A stretch of DNA of 52,181 nucleotides from Folioceros fuciformis (Eukaryota): assembly GCA_049999805.1 (NCBI GenBank), contig JBNGIO010005928.1:41916-94096 (forward strand). The letters run 5' to 3'. The position numbers and the translations under genes are program-made. Under the pieces are notes generated by a model. That model was not told where the DNA came from and searched no databases. It was given only the letters and a program-made list of their open reading frames with translations. Positions within the stretch are counted from its first letter, which is position 1, and each line of letters opens with the position of its first letter. Positions 25,389 through 41,355 of this stretch are shown here, in pieces.

Positions 25389-25486
25389 GCTAAGAAATTG
25401 GCCACCGGTGCTCGGCCATCACACCATGACCGAATTGCTAAGAAATTGGCCACTAGTGCTCGGCCATCACACTGGGACCGAATTGA
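25389..25486. repeat. 48-bp direct repeat x2
   Basis: gctaagaaattggccac..gtgctcggccatcacac...gaccgaatt occurs twice in tandem. Confidence 0.8.
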
Positions 25487-26404
25487 TTGTCGCATTGTTG
25501 CTAAAGATTGCACTACAAGGGAAGTAGAGAGGAGGAGAGAAAAGATACGAGGGCGAAGGATGCCGATGTGGTAGAAATTTGCATGCTTCAAAGTTGCTCA
25601 AGGCTGGTTGTGCGAGAGCAAGAAGAAGAAGAGTTAGAAAAGCAAGAAGGTGTAAACAAAGTGATGGCATAAAGTGGCATTCATGGTGCTAGTCCCTTTT
25701 TTTGGCCTTTGGCCTTTGGCCCTCTAAAGTTATTGTATTCGTCATTTTGTTTTAAGGTGGATAGGGTTTCCATGTCTTCTTTCAATAAAATATTTTATAG
25801 CAACTGGCAAAGAATATGGGCAATCCAATATACCCAATTTTGGATGCCCAATCCAATATACCCAATCAATTTTGGATGAAAAATTTAGCTCCGTAGCTCA
25901 AAACCAGTTTGCGTTTACTTTGGTTTCAAGTCGTAGGTCCGCGCGGCATTTCCTCGCACCTCGCAAACGATGTGCAAAGCAAATGGACCAATCCTAAATC
26001 CATACCTCGCTACCAAGCCTTCGGTATGCTGGGCTGCATTGTCTGATATGCTCCCCATTCTGGAAGAGTGGCTGCTCCGAATGTCTGAGTGAGAGACGGG
26101 GGACGCTGTTTCTAGTTGGAGACGGTTGTAGGTCGTGATGTTTGAAATTTTGGTGCTGGAAGGTGCCGTAAGCTGAGAGATCTTATCTCGAGAACGCGGA
26201 GGCAGGTTTCCCTGTGCTGAGGTGACTGATGGAGCGCTGCCTATATAAGTGTACATGAGGAACTCCATTGGAGGTGTCTGCCTGGCAGTGTGTTAGAGCA
26301 GAAGTTTCCAAGCCGAGCCTTCTAGGTAGTTGATGCACCAGCTGACCGGAGCCGGTCTGGGGACGTACAGAGGTTGGACCTGCGGCTGATCCCGCTTTGC
26401 GACC

Positions 26405-29838
<3,434 letters not shown>

Positions 29839-32033
29839 GTGGCGTGGTGGTGTGTGGTGTGCTGCGCTGTGATGTGCTGTGCAGTGATTGCAGTGCCCTG
29901 CAGAGCAGGGCAGGGCAGGGCAGGGCAGAGCAGGGCAGGGCAGTGCGACAGTGGTGTGCGTCCCTCACACTCTCGCCATGTGCATACGCTTGTGCGAGCA
30001 GTGGACTGTGGTAGTTTTTGTCACATAGGTGAGCTCCAAATGCTGAAAGGCGCTAGAAGGGGATTTTCAGGAAAGACGAGGTCCCCTCTAAAGACAAATT
30101 ATTGATGGCGCGAATATCCCAGCGCGAGAGTGGAGCAGCCCAGCTCGGTCCCCAGCCCATCACAGCCTAGCGCTGGTGTCTTATGTGCAACGACGTTGAT
30201 TCTTGAGCAGTAAAGAAGTGGCGTTGTTGGCGCACTGTGACTGTGCGACCAACCCACCTTTCCCTGGCCTTCCCTTTCCTCCCTATTTTCTCCTTGTCTT
30301 GTGCCTGTGCTTGTCCGTGTGACTGTTGCTGCTGCCGCAGTGCGTGGTGCGAGGTTGCGAGACAAACAAATGCCATGAATGTGTTCACCTAAATCCCGCC
30401 CGAGCCCGATTCCGGTGCCGTGACGGTGTGTGGGATTCACCATCTGCCTTGTCCCCATATGCACAAGTCAAGCCGGGCATATGGCGCGCACTGCGTGTGC
30501 GTGGTGTGGCAGACCCGGCTCCGGCTCTGGCCCGGGGTCGGGCCAAGGCGTCTTAAATGCCGCTGTGTTTCCGGACCCGCACCCGCACCCGCACACGCCT
30601 CTCAAGAATCGTGCTCAACGGAAGATTCTCGCTGCCAGCCGCTTGGAAGCATGCAAGGTGCGCGTAGGAGGCAAGAAAACAGGGCGGATTAGGTTGTGGC
30701 TAAGCATGCTTGTTAAGCATGCTTTGTCTTTGTGACAGCCCACTAATACTTGTCGGTGTGGGTGAAGGTGAAGGAGTGGGTGTGGGAGTGTGTGGGTGTC
30801 GGTGAATGGTCTGGGAGCGGGTGGCAAATGCCATCGCTGGTGGTGGTTTAGGTGTTTGGAGTGGGGCCCTTTCCTCTTTCTATCCTCTTTCTCCCCCTTT
30901 CTCCTCTTCCTCCCCCTTTCTCCTCTTTCTCCCCCTTCCTCCCCCCTTTCTCCCTTTCCCATCCCCCCTTGCTCTTGTCGCTAAGCCATAACCACCCGCA
31001 TGTGGCCTATCCCTCTCCTAATTAAGGCTTGATGGCCACGAAGTCGAGGGAAGCAGCGACGTCGGGAAGGTGGGCAGGGCCCCTTCCTTTGCTCAGAATC
31101 GGATACATACAAAAAAACCGCGAGGCTGGCACCCGCACGACAGAAGCGAGGCATCGCATGTGGCACTGGACCTGTTGATGCATATGGCGTTGGTATGGAC
31201 AAGAATGAGAAAAATTTACTACTGCTGGCCCATCTGCTTCTCCATGACTGGAGGCGGATACAGACGCAGGCATGTGGGTGGCGAGGACCTCGGAAAGTGT
31301 TTAAATCCTACAATGTGACAAGGAGGTGGAGGAGGTGAGTGATTGCCCGGAAGCCGCTACGCGTACCACGGACAGGCCCACGTCGTGACGCCCCTTGTTT
31401 CCAGCCGCAGCCGGAGCTGGAGCGGGAACCGGAGCCGGTGCTGGCCGCGAGGCCCGGCCCCGCAAGCTGCTTGCCCCGATGCCCACGCCCACGCCGGAGC
31501 CACCGCCACACCCGACGCCAAACTCCCCGTATCATATCTCATGCTTTGCGAATACGATAAAAACGCAGCTAAGAGTGTGACAGCGGAGTGGCGCCCATGC
31601 CATGCCAGGCCAGCGCCAGCGCCAGTAGGTCTGTATTGTGGTGAGGAGGGAGAAAGGAGGAAGAAAGGACGCAGAAAAGAGAAAGGGGAACGACGGGGCG
31701 AGGTGGCTGGCGTAGCTCCATGACATGTCACTTGGGATTGATGGCATAGTCTGGTCCTCGATGGGATGGGATTTATGGCGGGCCCCGTGGGAGGCTGGAC
31801 TCTTGCACGGGCGCGTGCCCCGCGCTGCACCTGCCTCTGTGTCTGAGCGCCACGCCGCTCCGGACACAGCTTGCCTTGCGCCAACTCCAAATCTATGGAA
31901 AGGCTATGATGCTGCTGCTGCTCCTTTGCTATTGCTCCACACAAAGGGAAAGGCCAGGAGCAGTTGCCTGCCGCTGCTGCTGCTGGCCGTGGGCTCTGGG
32001 CCCGGCCCTGGTCCTGCCCTGCCCGATTCTGCC

Positions 32034-32034
32034 G

Positions 32035-32082
<48 letters not shown>

Positions 32083-32096
32083 CAACCTGAACCTGA
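32034..32096. repeat. (GAGCCT)n hexanucleotide microsatellite
   Basis: ~8 perfect units plus a degenerate tail. Confidence 0.9.
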
Positions 32097-32998
32097 TAAG
32101 AAACAGGGGCATGAGGGAAAGGCGGGGGGCAGTGTTCACTGTGTGCTCTCTGCACACACACCGCACAGCTCCCACTGCGGGACCAGTGTAGGTGTAAGAG
32201 AAGATACGAGCCGAGTAGACAAAATTGAACATACATACTCCGCCTCTCACGCTCATCAAAGCTCGCTGTCATCAGAGTGCAGGCTCCTGCGAGGCGAGGC
32301 GAGGCGAGGCGAGGCCGCTCTGCCAAGGGCCTGACAGATGCCATGGGATTGCATGGATTGCAGGAATGAGAGAATCCTATTCCAAGTCACACCACATGCC
32401 AGCCACTCACTCGTCCCCGGGAGCTCCCTGCCCGGCAATGCCCCCAAACCCCAAAAAGTCAAAGAAAGTAAAAGAATATTAGGGCCTGCCCACCTCTACT
32501 CATCACTCTCATCATCGAAGTCAGCTCAACTGTTCATTTCACTTCCCTCTGCACAACCGGCAGGCAGTGCAGCAGTAGTGGCAGCGGGATCAAATATCCG
32601 CATTCCGGATTTTCATGGTTAATCCGGGCCCTCCCGTCTCGCTGACAGGTAGCAGCTGGGTCTGGTGAGAGTGAGTGACCGAGTGAATTGTGTGTGATCA
32701 TCATGTTGCGTTCGCGCATCAAAAGGCCACCTTCGTGACAACTCAAGAAAGGCATTCGCTCCAGGACAAGGCGCCCTTTCAATCATCATCGTGCAAGCTG
32801 GGAACGGGTGGCAACATTCATACCCCGGCCCTTCACATTTTATTGTCAAGTAGGTACATGCATGGACCCGGTTACAACTACCATAAATGAGGCAAGCAGA
32901 CGGGAGGGGGAGAAAATTGTAGCCAGGAATTGCGCTAACCTCCTCTTGTAATTTAGTGTAGTAGTGTGTCGGCTATAAGCTCTCATAAGCCTAGCTGG

Positions 32999-34327
32999 CT
33001 ATGGCTGGGGAGGGGCTTGAGGAAAGCAATTCAGGGTCCAGTCGGGCTCCAGCGGCACCCGCACGACATGGTACTCGTCATCCGTGTCGCACATACTCTT
33101 GTCGCGCACATGATCCCAAGTGTCGTCCACGAAGTCGTACACTACCATCTCAAAGCATCCTTTCTCGAATTTGGTGAAGTAGAGTCTGTGCTTGTCCGCC
33201 ACACAAGTTGAAGTCCTGGGCCACCCGAGGGACACGAACTCCTCCGGCATTTCGGCTATCAAAGCCCAGTCCACCATCTTCTCCAGCTCCGCCACTGTGT
33301 ACACGCTCACACGATTTCGGGAGCTGATGTCAATCACCACCAGGACGGTGCCCTGCCACTCCAAAAGGTTTGTCACGTAGTAGAACTTCAACGATGAAAT
33401 GGGCAGGGACAGGGACGTCCACGTCCTCTTCTCCAAGTCGCATTTCATCACAGCCATCCTCTCCCCCATCTTGCCCAACCCGATACAGTAAAGGGCCCCG
33501 TTGCACACCACATTCGCGCCATAAGGCCGCAGGGGCATGGGTGCCAAGAAACGCCAATAGCCTAGGGTGGAGTCGAACACGTAAGTGTTTCTCACCGGCT
33601 CCACCAACACCACCTTATACGCCTTGGAATTCCTGTCCATAATCATGCGAAGAAGCAGTGGAGGTAACGCAGATGCACCATCCGGCAGCGGCGGCAACTC
33701 CGTCCACTGGCCCGTCACGGGATTGCACACGGAATAGGATATGATATCCAGAAAATGCCGCTTGAAGCTCAGCAAGAGCAGGCCTCCAGCACCCGTCACC
33801 TGCCCACACGGTTTCACATTGGAGGGGAAACAGGACAGCGGAGGGAGCTTCTTCCACTCCCTCCTCGCGAAGTCATACGCGATGCATCCCTCCTTCCGCG
33901 CTGGTGCAGCATCCGGTAGCATGTTGTGGAATGTGACAAACAGAGGGCAATACGTTCCTCGCACTGACCTTTTATTCAATATCTCCAGAAAATCCGCAGA
34001 GAAGAGATACGGCTCCTTCCATCTCTTGCACAAGCTCCGCAACTGGCAAATCTTGGACAGCGGGAGGTGCGCTATCACTCTGTCCAGTATATCTTCCGGA
34101 AATTTGCTCCATAATCTCTCATCCATTTTCACACTCGTGGACGACTCCATGTGCTGCAGGAACAGCGACTCCACTGTAGCATCCCAACCGAGCCACGGCC
34201 AATGTCCCTGCCCCCGCCCCGGCCCCTGGGACGCGCCACCACCGCCGCAGGAGCGGAATCTTCCATGCGTGTAAACATTTCTCGCCCGCTTCGGGAACCC
34301 CAGCTGAACGTCCATCTCGTGCATCAC
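32999..34327 (-). CDS. Intronless F-box protein with FBA/kelch-type beta-propeller C-terminus (true start possibly ATG at 34150)
   Basis: F-box LWSKFPEDILDRVIAHLPLSKICQLRSLCKRW, then AYDFARREWKKLP, AGGLLL, VCNPVTGQWTELPPLP, YKVVLV, VFDS...W, VVCNGALY. Confidence 0.9.
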   Translation of the reverse strand: MMHEMDVQLGFPKRARNVYTHGRFRSCGGGGASQGPGRGQGHWPWLGWDATVESLFLQHMESSTSVKMDERLWSKFPEDILDRVIAHLPLSKICQLRSLCKRWKEPYLFSADFLEILNKRSVRGTYCPLFVTFHNMLPDAAPARKEGCIAYDFARREWKKLPPLSCFPSNVKPCGQVTGAGGLLLLSFKRHFLDIISYSVCNPVTGQWTELPPLPDGASALPPLLLRMIMDRNSKAYKVVLVEPVRNTYVFDSTLGYWRFLAPMPLRPYGANVVCNGALYCIGLGKMGERMAVMKCDLEKRTWTSLSLPISSLKFYYVTNLLEWQGTVLVVIDISSRNRVSVYTVAELEKMVDWALIAEMPEEFVSLGWPRTSTCVADKHRLYFTKFEKGCFEMVVYDFVDDTWDHVRDKSMCDTDDEYHVVRVPLEPDWTLNCFPQAPPQP

Positions 34328-34910
34328 ACCTTCTCAACTACACGCAAACAAGAAAAAAAACCCGACCGACCTGTGCGCGCTGGCCAGGCCGGTCCTCCAC
34401 ACAACCGACTACAAATTCTTCAACCCTACCCCAACGCCTCGGTCTTTGTAAGCGCGCGCCTCCTCAAGGGCCCCCTGACACAATCTTGAACAAATCCAGG
34501 GATTCCAGACCAAACCTTCCGGCAATTGGCAGAGCGAAAATATTGTCACAGCAGCTGACAAGACCGCGAGACTGCAGATCAATTTCTCCGCATCGGAAGC
34601 AGGAATGAAGCTCCCATGCAACAACGCCGTAATCTGGACCGAAGACAGACACACCGCATCATCCTCGCCGGGACTCTCCTCCAGCCGCAAAAAAAAAAGA
34701 AAAGAACCGAGTCCTACTCTCCTTCTAGACGAAGTCTCGGGAGACCGGAATCCCCGTCCCGACCAAATTTGAGGAGGCAACAGAGCGGAGCTGCAGACAC
34801 AGGAAGCTCACGCACACAAACCTGCTCCTCAACAACCGGAGGGAAAGCAGACTTGAGACCAAGAGCCGAGCCGGAAGAAAGCGAAAACAAGTCCGTGAAG
34901 GAGGCCCCGA

Positions 34911-34966
34911 CCTCACGCTTCACGCCTCACGCCTCACGCCTCACGCCTCACGCCTCACGCCTCACG
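34911..34966. repeat. (CACGCCT)n heptanucleotide repeat beside the assembly gap
   Basis: ~7-8 units. Confidence 0.9.
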
Positions 34967-35008
34967 GCAGGCGTGAGTAGATCTAACCGTCTGCGCGCGA
35001 GAAAGAGG

Positions 35009-35108
35009 NNNNNNNNNNNNNNNNNNNNNNNNNNNNNNNNNNNNNNNNNNNNNNNNNNNNNNNNNNNNNNNNNNNNNNNNNNNNNNNNNNNNNNNNNNNN
35101 NNNNNNNN
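35009..35108. other. Assembly gap (100 N)
   Basis: Run of N; true size unknown. Confidence 0.99.
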
Positions 35109-37489
35109 ACACGCAGAAAAACAACAGACACAGATCCGGAGGGCGACGCAACTTCTCTCAAATTCTCGCAGCCGGCAGCAAAATATCCACCTCTTCCCCG
35201 TGCCGTCCCGGCCGCCACCCTCTGCGTCTCCTGCCGGATGAGGCAGGATCCGAGGCCGGGTCCGCGGGGCGCTCCGGCGCAGCCCGTGCCGGTCCTGCAG
35301 CGCGCACAAACTGCAACCTACCTACCCACACCCGATCAATCACCTCACCTCACCTCACCTCACCACACCGGACCACTCCACTCCACTCCACTCCACTCCA
35401 CGCCACTCCAGCCCCGTCCACTCCGCACCAAAGGCCCAGTGCGCACCACCCCGTGGCAAGGCAAGGTACCGCCCTCGCTGTCACGCCCCCGTCGCCCCGG
35501 GATTACCTCTGTAATTGCGAGGCGCGAGCGGGAAGCGCGGGGTTGGCCGCACAGCCGCGTGCGCAGCCGCATTCCTCGCTGCCATCGCCAACAAGAACAA
35601 CAGCCTTGCAAGCTGCAGTGCAGCGAGCACGCCGCGCGCCCAAGGCTGGCAGCCAAACACAGGTTTTGCGATGAGGCTTCTGCCGCAGTTAGGGAGGTGA
35701 AGTGAGGAGGCGGAAGGAAAGAAGCAAAAGAAAAAGGAAGAAAAAGGGTTAAACCATGGAGTCGGTAATTAACGGGCACGGGCGTCGGTACGCACACCAA
35801 AGAGCCCGGTCCAGTCCGGTCCGGTCCGGTCCGGCCGACCCGGCCCGGCCCGGCCCGTCACACACATACACTGTACGTGTGTCGCTGCTCAGCAGCCCAC
35901 ACACAGTCCACCTCCGATTATTCTCCCCTCGCACCCCCGGCCCGCCTCGACTCGACTCCCGAGTCCCATTTTTTGGATCCAACAGTATCTGTGTCGATTT
36001 GATTGTTTTCAGGGATAGGTCTCCCCCTTCTGGACTTAACGCATCGGAAATCGGTTTCGCAGCGAATCTTCCTTCTTAAACCTCATATAAGGCACGAGCC
36101 GAGCGCGACCTCGACCTGCAGCTGCAGCTGCAACTGGAGCTGGAGCCCCTGTTTCAGTACTCCACTCCACTCCACACCAAAAGGATCTGTGCGACTGCTT
36201 AAACAAAAACAAACGGAGGAATATGAGAATGTGCTATCGCTTCACACCAACAAAAAGTGTTTGTCCTGTTATCTACACCACAGCAGAAACGCCATCGCCA
36301 TCGTCCTCACCATTCCTTCCTCCCCTCCTTCCTGCCTCTCCAAACTTTGTCTCATTCCCAGGGCGCGTGGAATCGCTCGAGACAAGTTGGGCCTGACTCT
36401 CACCGGTGTACTGCAATATCAAGCTCCAAGTCTCCCAGTTGCAACCCAACAAGCTGGCCGGGCCGGGCCGGGCCTGGCCTGGCCGGGCCGGGCGATGGCG
36501 GGGTCTCATCAGCCACGCAGGTGGGTGTGGGAATTGAAGCTTTTTGTGCGAGTGATGACCAGACGTTGGGTGGGTTGCCTGGGGGAATTGATGGGCGATA
36601 GTGCGGATTTCTCGAAGTCATGTGCGTTTAATGGGTACAGTACAGCGAGCGAGTTTAATGTGGCAGTGAGCGTGTGAGCCAGCAGCAGCACCACCCACTC
36701 CCTGGGCGCAGGTATTAACCCTAATCTGATATCCGGCCCGACCCGGCCCGGTCCGGCCCGGTCTGGCCCGGGGCGGGCGAGGGAGCGGGAGGCACGTGCG
36801 AAGCTCCGGGGGAAGGATGGCGGGCCGGGCAACATGGGACCAGACGCAGGAGTCGCCCGAGCCGTGGCTCTAGTTCTGGTGTTGTAGTGTATCGCGGCGC
36901 CCAATGGGGCGGGGTCAAAACTGACACGCACAGCCTGCTGCCTTTTTGGTCTGTCTGATCAGGAGCTCGCTGGATGATGAGTTCCCGGGCCCATCCATTT
37001 ATTGTATTTTATTTCGGTCAGTAAATAAAGCACGCGTCGATAACGATGTGAAATTACTGCGATAACGTTGCCCATTTACACTCGCTGGAAGGCCGTTTCA
37101 CACCGCCGGACGGCCTGGCGTGTGTCCTCAGGGCGGTGCAACGAGAGCTGGACGCGTGCGACGACAAGTGGACCCGTCCACGCTCGAGACCGGCGATGAA
37201 GGCCGTGGGATCGCGCCAGCCGCTGGATCGTGGCGGAGCGGAGCGCGGGGCCGTGAAGGTGAGGTGAGGTGAGGTGAGGATCGGCGGATGAAGTGTGCGG
37301 ATTTCTCTGCAGTTATTTGGAGGTTGATCGGACTCCAGTTGAGCGAGCGACTTTCGTGTTGGATTTTGAATTTGGAGGTCTGAGGAGGGGTTGGATCTGA
37401 GTGTAAGTTGTGAGAGCTGGAAGGTGCGGGGGTCGGGATTGATGAAGGAGCTGCATTTCTTGTTGGCCTTGCGGAGGTAGGAGGAGAAA

Positions 37490-39734
37490 ATGGCTCAGGA
37501 AGAGGCGCGGTGGAGGGAGAATCCGGTGTTCGAGGAGGGGGGGGATGGGGATGTCAGAAGCGGGAGTGCCGGGATGGCGGATCTGGAGCTGGAGCTGGAT
37601 GCGGCTCGGCAGATGGAGGAGAGTCTGGCCAAGCTAGGACTGGTGGAAGGGGGAGGGGACGGGGAGCGGCGGGCTCTTGCTGTAGCTCGCGCGAGGGATC
37701 CGAATGTGGACCGCGAGGTGGAGGCTTATTTTGATGATGTGCAGGATATCATCAGGGAGGAGAAGTATGCGGATTCCTCGTCCATAGTGCACGTCGGGCA
37801 TGCGGCGAGGAGGAAGCACGTAGATTTTGCCCGGACCGAGAAGATGTCGCAGACGGAAGTGTATGTGAACGTGGAGGACGCAAGGAGGGAGCTGTTGAGT
37901 TGTCATGCAGTGGTGCAAACGGATGGTGTGGTGAAGGAGGAGGGACCTGAGTTTTCGGTGACGAAGAAGGAGTCTGGGACGCAGCTCATGCTTGGGAGTG
38001 CGGACGCGAGTTTCATAGCTCCTTGCTTGAATCCCATCCGTGTTCCCGACGAGGTGGCCGCGTTCTCGCCACCCCTTCCCACAGCCGGGGCAGGGTTGGT
38101 GGAGATTGTCGCCGGGTATGGTGAGAGTGCGGCGCCTGAGATTGGGGGAGAGGGTGCTGGCCCTGGGCTTCCTACAGGTGCGGTGGAGAACGGAGCATTC
38201 CACGGTGAGGCTGTGGATTCTGAGTTGATGTATCCCATGACGCCGGAGGAGGAATTGGACGATGAGCTCGAGTTGCAGCAGAACATCATTTTGGACGCCA
38301 TTCAAGCCTTTCGAGTCGATGCAATGGCTGTACCATCTCAGCAGAGAGGGAGAGGGGGAGAGGGAGTAGGAGACGGTGAGGGTGACGGGTCGGAGGTTGC
38401 CAGGACTCTACTGCTTGGCTCGCAAGATGAGTTGGCCCTCGGTGGACATCCTGACGATAGTGTGTACGTTGGTCCTGGCTCTGCGTATCCGGAGGGAGGT
38501 AACTACATTCTAACCAGGGATGCTGCTGCGTTCGCCGACCAGGAACTCGCAGACATCGTGTCCAGTAACCTAGCGGCTGCAGAAGTAGATGAGGAGCAGG
38601 CGGGATTCGGGCACAAGAGTGCCACCTTGGCTGAGGGTGACTTTGCGTTAGGGGGCTCTCACCAGCCCCAACAGCACACTGTTGCGGCTGCCAGACGAAG
38701 AATCTTTGGTAATAAGCCCAGGAAGATGGTGCATCTCCGTCACTTGGATGATTACCTTGTCAAGGAAGCGGAGTCGAGAGAGATTGATACCTTTCTGAAT
38801 GAAAAGGACGAAGAGAGGGACGTCGATGAGCTTCTCGCTGGCAAGCCACAGACAGCTGGCCTCCATGATAGTTTCTCCAGTTCAAGCGTTGAAAATGTCC
38901 AAAACACTGCCAGGACAGGTGTGATGTCCTTGGATGACACCAGGTTTGCTGGAGCCGAGGAGACCTTGCCTTCGGACCCTCAGCTTTCCGGCTCAGCAGA
39001 TGTAGAGATTCCTGTTGGACCCAGTACGCAGCAGGGGCAGCAGATTGCAGACACCCTTGAAAAGGCTGGTATTATTCCCGAGGTGTTAGATAAATTCACG
39101 TCCACAACAAGTATGCTCGTCTACTACGGCACAGGACCAGTGGTAAGAATTTGAGTGGGTCCAGCTGTGACGAACGGGCGCCTCCGTGTTCCGTGGTTTA
39201 ATGCTGAACTGTGCTCTCTTTGTGCAGCTTCGGAATGGTTCAACACTGACTGCCGAGCAAGTTGCAGCTGAACCAGAAGTTATGATAGAAGGCGCATTTG
39301 TGATGCCCGGAACTACCTACGCGTTAGTCTTGGTGGATACGGATGCGGAAAGGGCTGTTGATGGAGAACGACTGGAGCGACTTCTTTGGTTGAAAATCAA
39401 CATCCCGGGTCCTCAGGACATAGGAGACACAGGTAAGATGCGTGCCACTCCCAGACAACCTGTGCATCTGTAGTCAGGGATTCGTTTTCTCAAGTTTTGA
39501 CAGCCGCTGTCTGGAACAGGGGTGATAGCTGCTGGTACAAGCTTGGTGGAGTACGAACCTCCAACAGCTAAGAGTGACAAGGTGCATCGTTACCTATATG
39601 TCCTGTTCAGACACAAGAACAACAAGTTCAAAGTGCCTGCTGATAGGGAGGCATTTAGCTGCCGCTTGTTTGCAACAGTTCATGGGCTTACACCCATAGC
39701 GGCTGTGAATTTTACAGTTGGCAATGCTACATAG
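37490..39734 (+). CDS. Atypical PEBP-domain protein with long acidic N-terminal extension; 3 exons (37490-39142, 39228-39432, 39520-39734), ~690 aa
   Basis: The C-terminal ~175 aa carry PEBP-fold motifs: GIIPEVLDKF, MLVYYG, NGSTLT..QV..EPEV, YALVLVDTDA, WLKINIPG, LVEYEPP, HRYLYVLF, PIAAVNF. GT-AG introns keep the frame. Confidence 0.8.
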
Positions 39735-40028
39735 GTAGTCAATTATTTGGAATCGTTTTAGACTCTCCAAGGATTGGAAGACAGCGACCGATTGCCAAGG
39801 TGTTCGAACTATCGCCGCAGGGGGGGAGTAAAGTGTGCCACATTTCACACAGCCAGGAAACCTACAGAGATTGCGAGCAACCCAGAACATGCGTGACAGA
39901 CTCTGAGATGATCGTGCGGACTGTAAATACATGATCTGCACGACTAGAGTATTCTTCACGTCCGTTGATGTATGCAAAGCCAGAGGGCGCAAAAACTGTG
40001 AATTCTTGGTCACCGAACATATGTAGGA

Positions 40029-41355
40029 CTACAAACCTGTTTTGGTGCAATGTCGGTCTCCTCCAACCTTCATGCAGTGCGTGTAACCCACACTGGTCAT
40101 GAAATCCAAGATTTGTTCCCTGCTCGATTTACTTTCTGTGAGAAGTCGTTCATCATCTTCATATATAACATAAGGGGAAGCCTCAGGCGGCCTTGTCAGC
40201 AGGCGTGCTGCCCCTTTAAGTACATGATATTCCCAACCTTGGACGTCAACTTTCAAAAGCAGGACAGGTTCATCTTCAGCAACGATGGAATCTAGAGTTA
40301 CGGTCGCAACAACAACAGGAACCACCTCACTTGATTTGAACGTCAGGGCCGCTCCGGTGGCCGACACAGCACTGTTATCCAGCCTCCCAATCACCTGCAA
40401 ACGGGATACGTACCAGACCCTGTCAGACGAAAGCCCGCAGGAAAGACGCCACCTTTTAGCAGGACAGAGTAGCGTGGTCCATAGACCAGTACTCAAGCTT
40501 GACGCACTCAGTCATTATCATTGAAGCTCTCTCCTCCTCGGCAGTGTCCACATTCCCAAAACCAGAGAACGACAGGGTCGCCTTGTGGAATCAGGACTGT
40601 AGCATACTCTAGAGACTTCAGATGTGGGAAACCTAATCCGCGGCGATGACCTTGCCTACCTGATGGAGAGTGATGTTACCAACTTGATCCGACACAGCAG
40701 CCTGGTAAAGCTTCACAAGATGTCCCACCCGGTTCAAGTAGAGTCCATCACAAAGTCTCTGAAGGTTTTCAAAGACCGGCTCAAAAGCTAGCACACGGCA
40801 GCCCATGGCAGAGGCAGCAAACGACGCCATCCCGATGTTAGCACCCACGTCCACAACCAACGCCGCCTTCCGCTCCGAACTGGAGGCATTTGGGGCCAAT
40901 CTGTCGAGCAAATCCTGCACGGTCTGGGATATGGCCGGCTTCTGGAAGAACTTTCCCTTGATCATGCGCTGGAAGTTCTTCACCGGCTTCTCAGCTGTAC
41001 CTAGGTCATTGATGGAGATAAAGAAAGGGTACCGCATTCCCTCCACCTTGTGTGCGAACACTGGAGCCCGCTGCGGCAGAGTCCAGCAATCTACGGACTC
41101 AAAATCATCGTCACCGCTGTGTAGGCCGCTCCAAGACGAGGTCTGGCGGCAACCAAGCATAGACCGCTGCTCCCTGCCATCGCTCTGAGGCGACGCGCTG
41201 GGAAATTGGCCGAGGAAAATGCCGGCTAGGATTGCAGAGCCTCCCAGAAGAAAAAGCACTCCGCAATAGAGGCATCGTTGAGACGCAGGATGCCTCTGCA
41301 GAACCCTAGCTGACGTCTCCCTGCGACTCACTCCCACCACTTTGCAGGCATGCAT
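40029..41355 (-). CDS. FkbM-family (Methyltransf_21) SAM-dependent methyltransferase with N-terminal TM anchor; 2 exons (41355-40660, 40394-40029), ~353 aa
   Basis: VVDVGANIG, RVLAFEPVFENL, VTLDS, LLKVDVQGWEYHVLKGA; hydrophobic GVLFLLGGSAILAGIFLG. The start is uncertain. Confidence 0.9.

Noticed and set aside
31357-32344. ORFs with poly-RL, PE, QA or SL tracts
   Set aside because: Translations of the (GAGCCT)n microsatellite.
34616-35674. 352-aa ORF
   Set aside because: Spans the N gap and SSRs; artefact.
36552-36730. Box C (GTGATGA) and box D (CTGA) snoRNA candidate
   Set aside because: No terminal stem or recognisable rRNA guide; motifs expected by chance.
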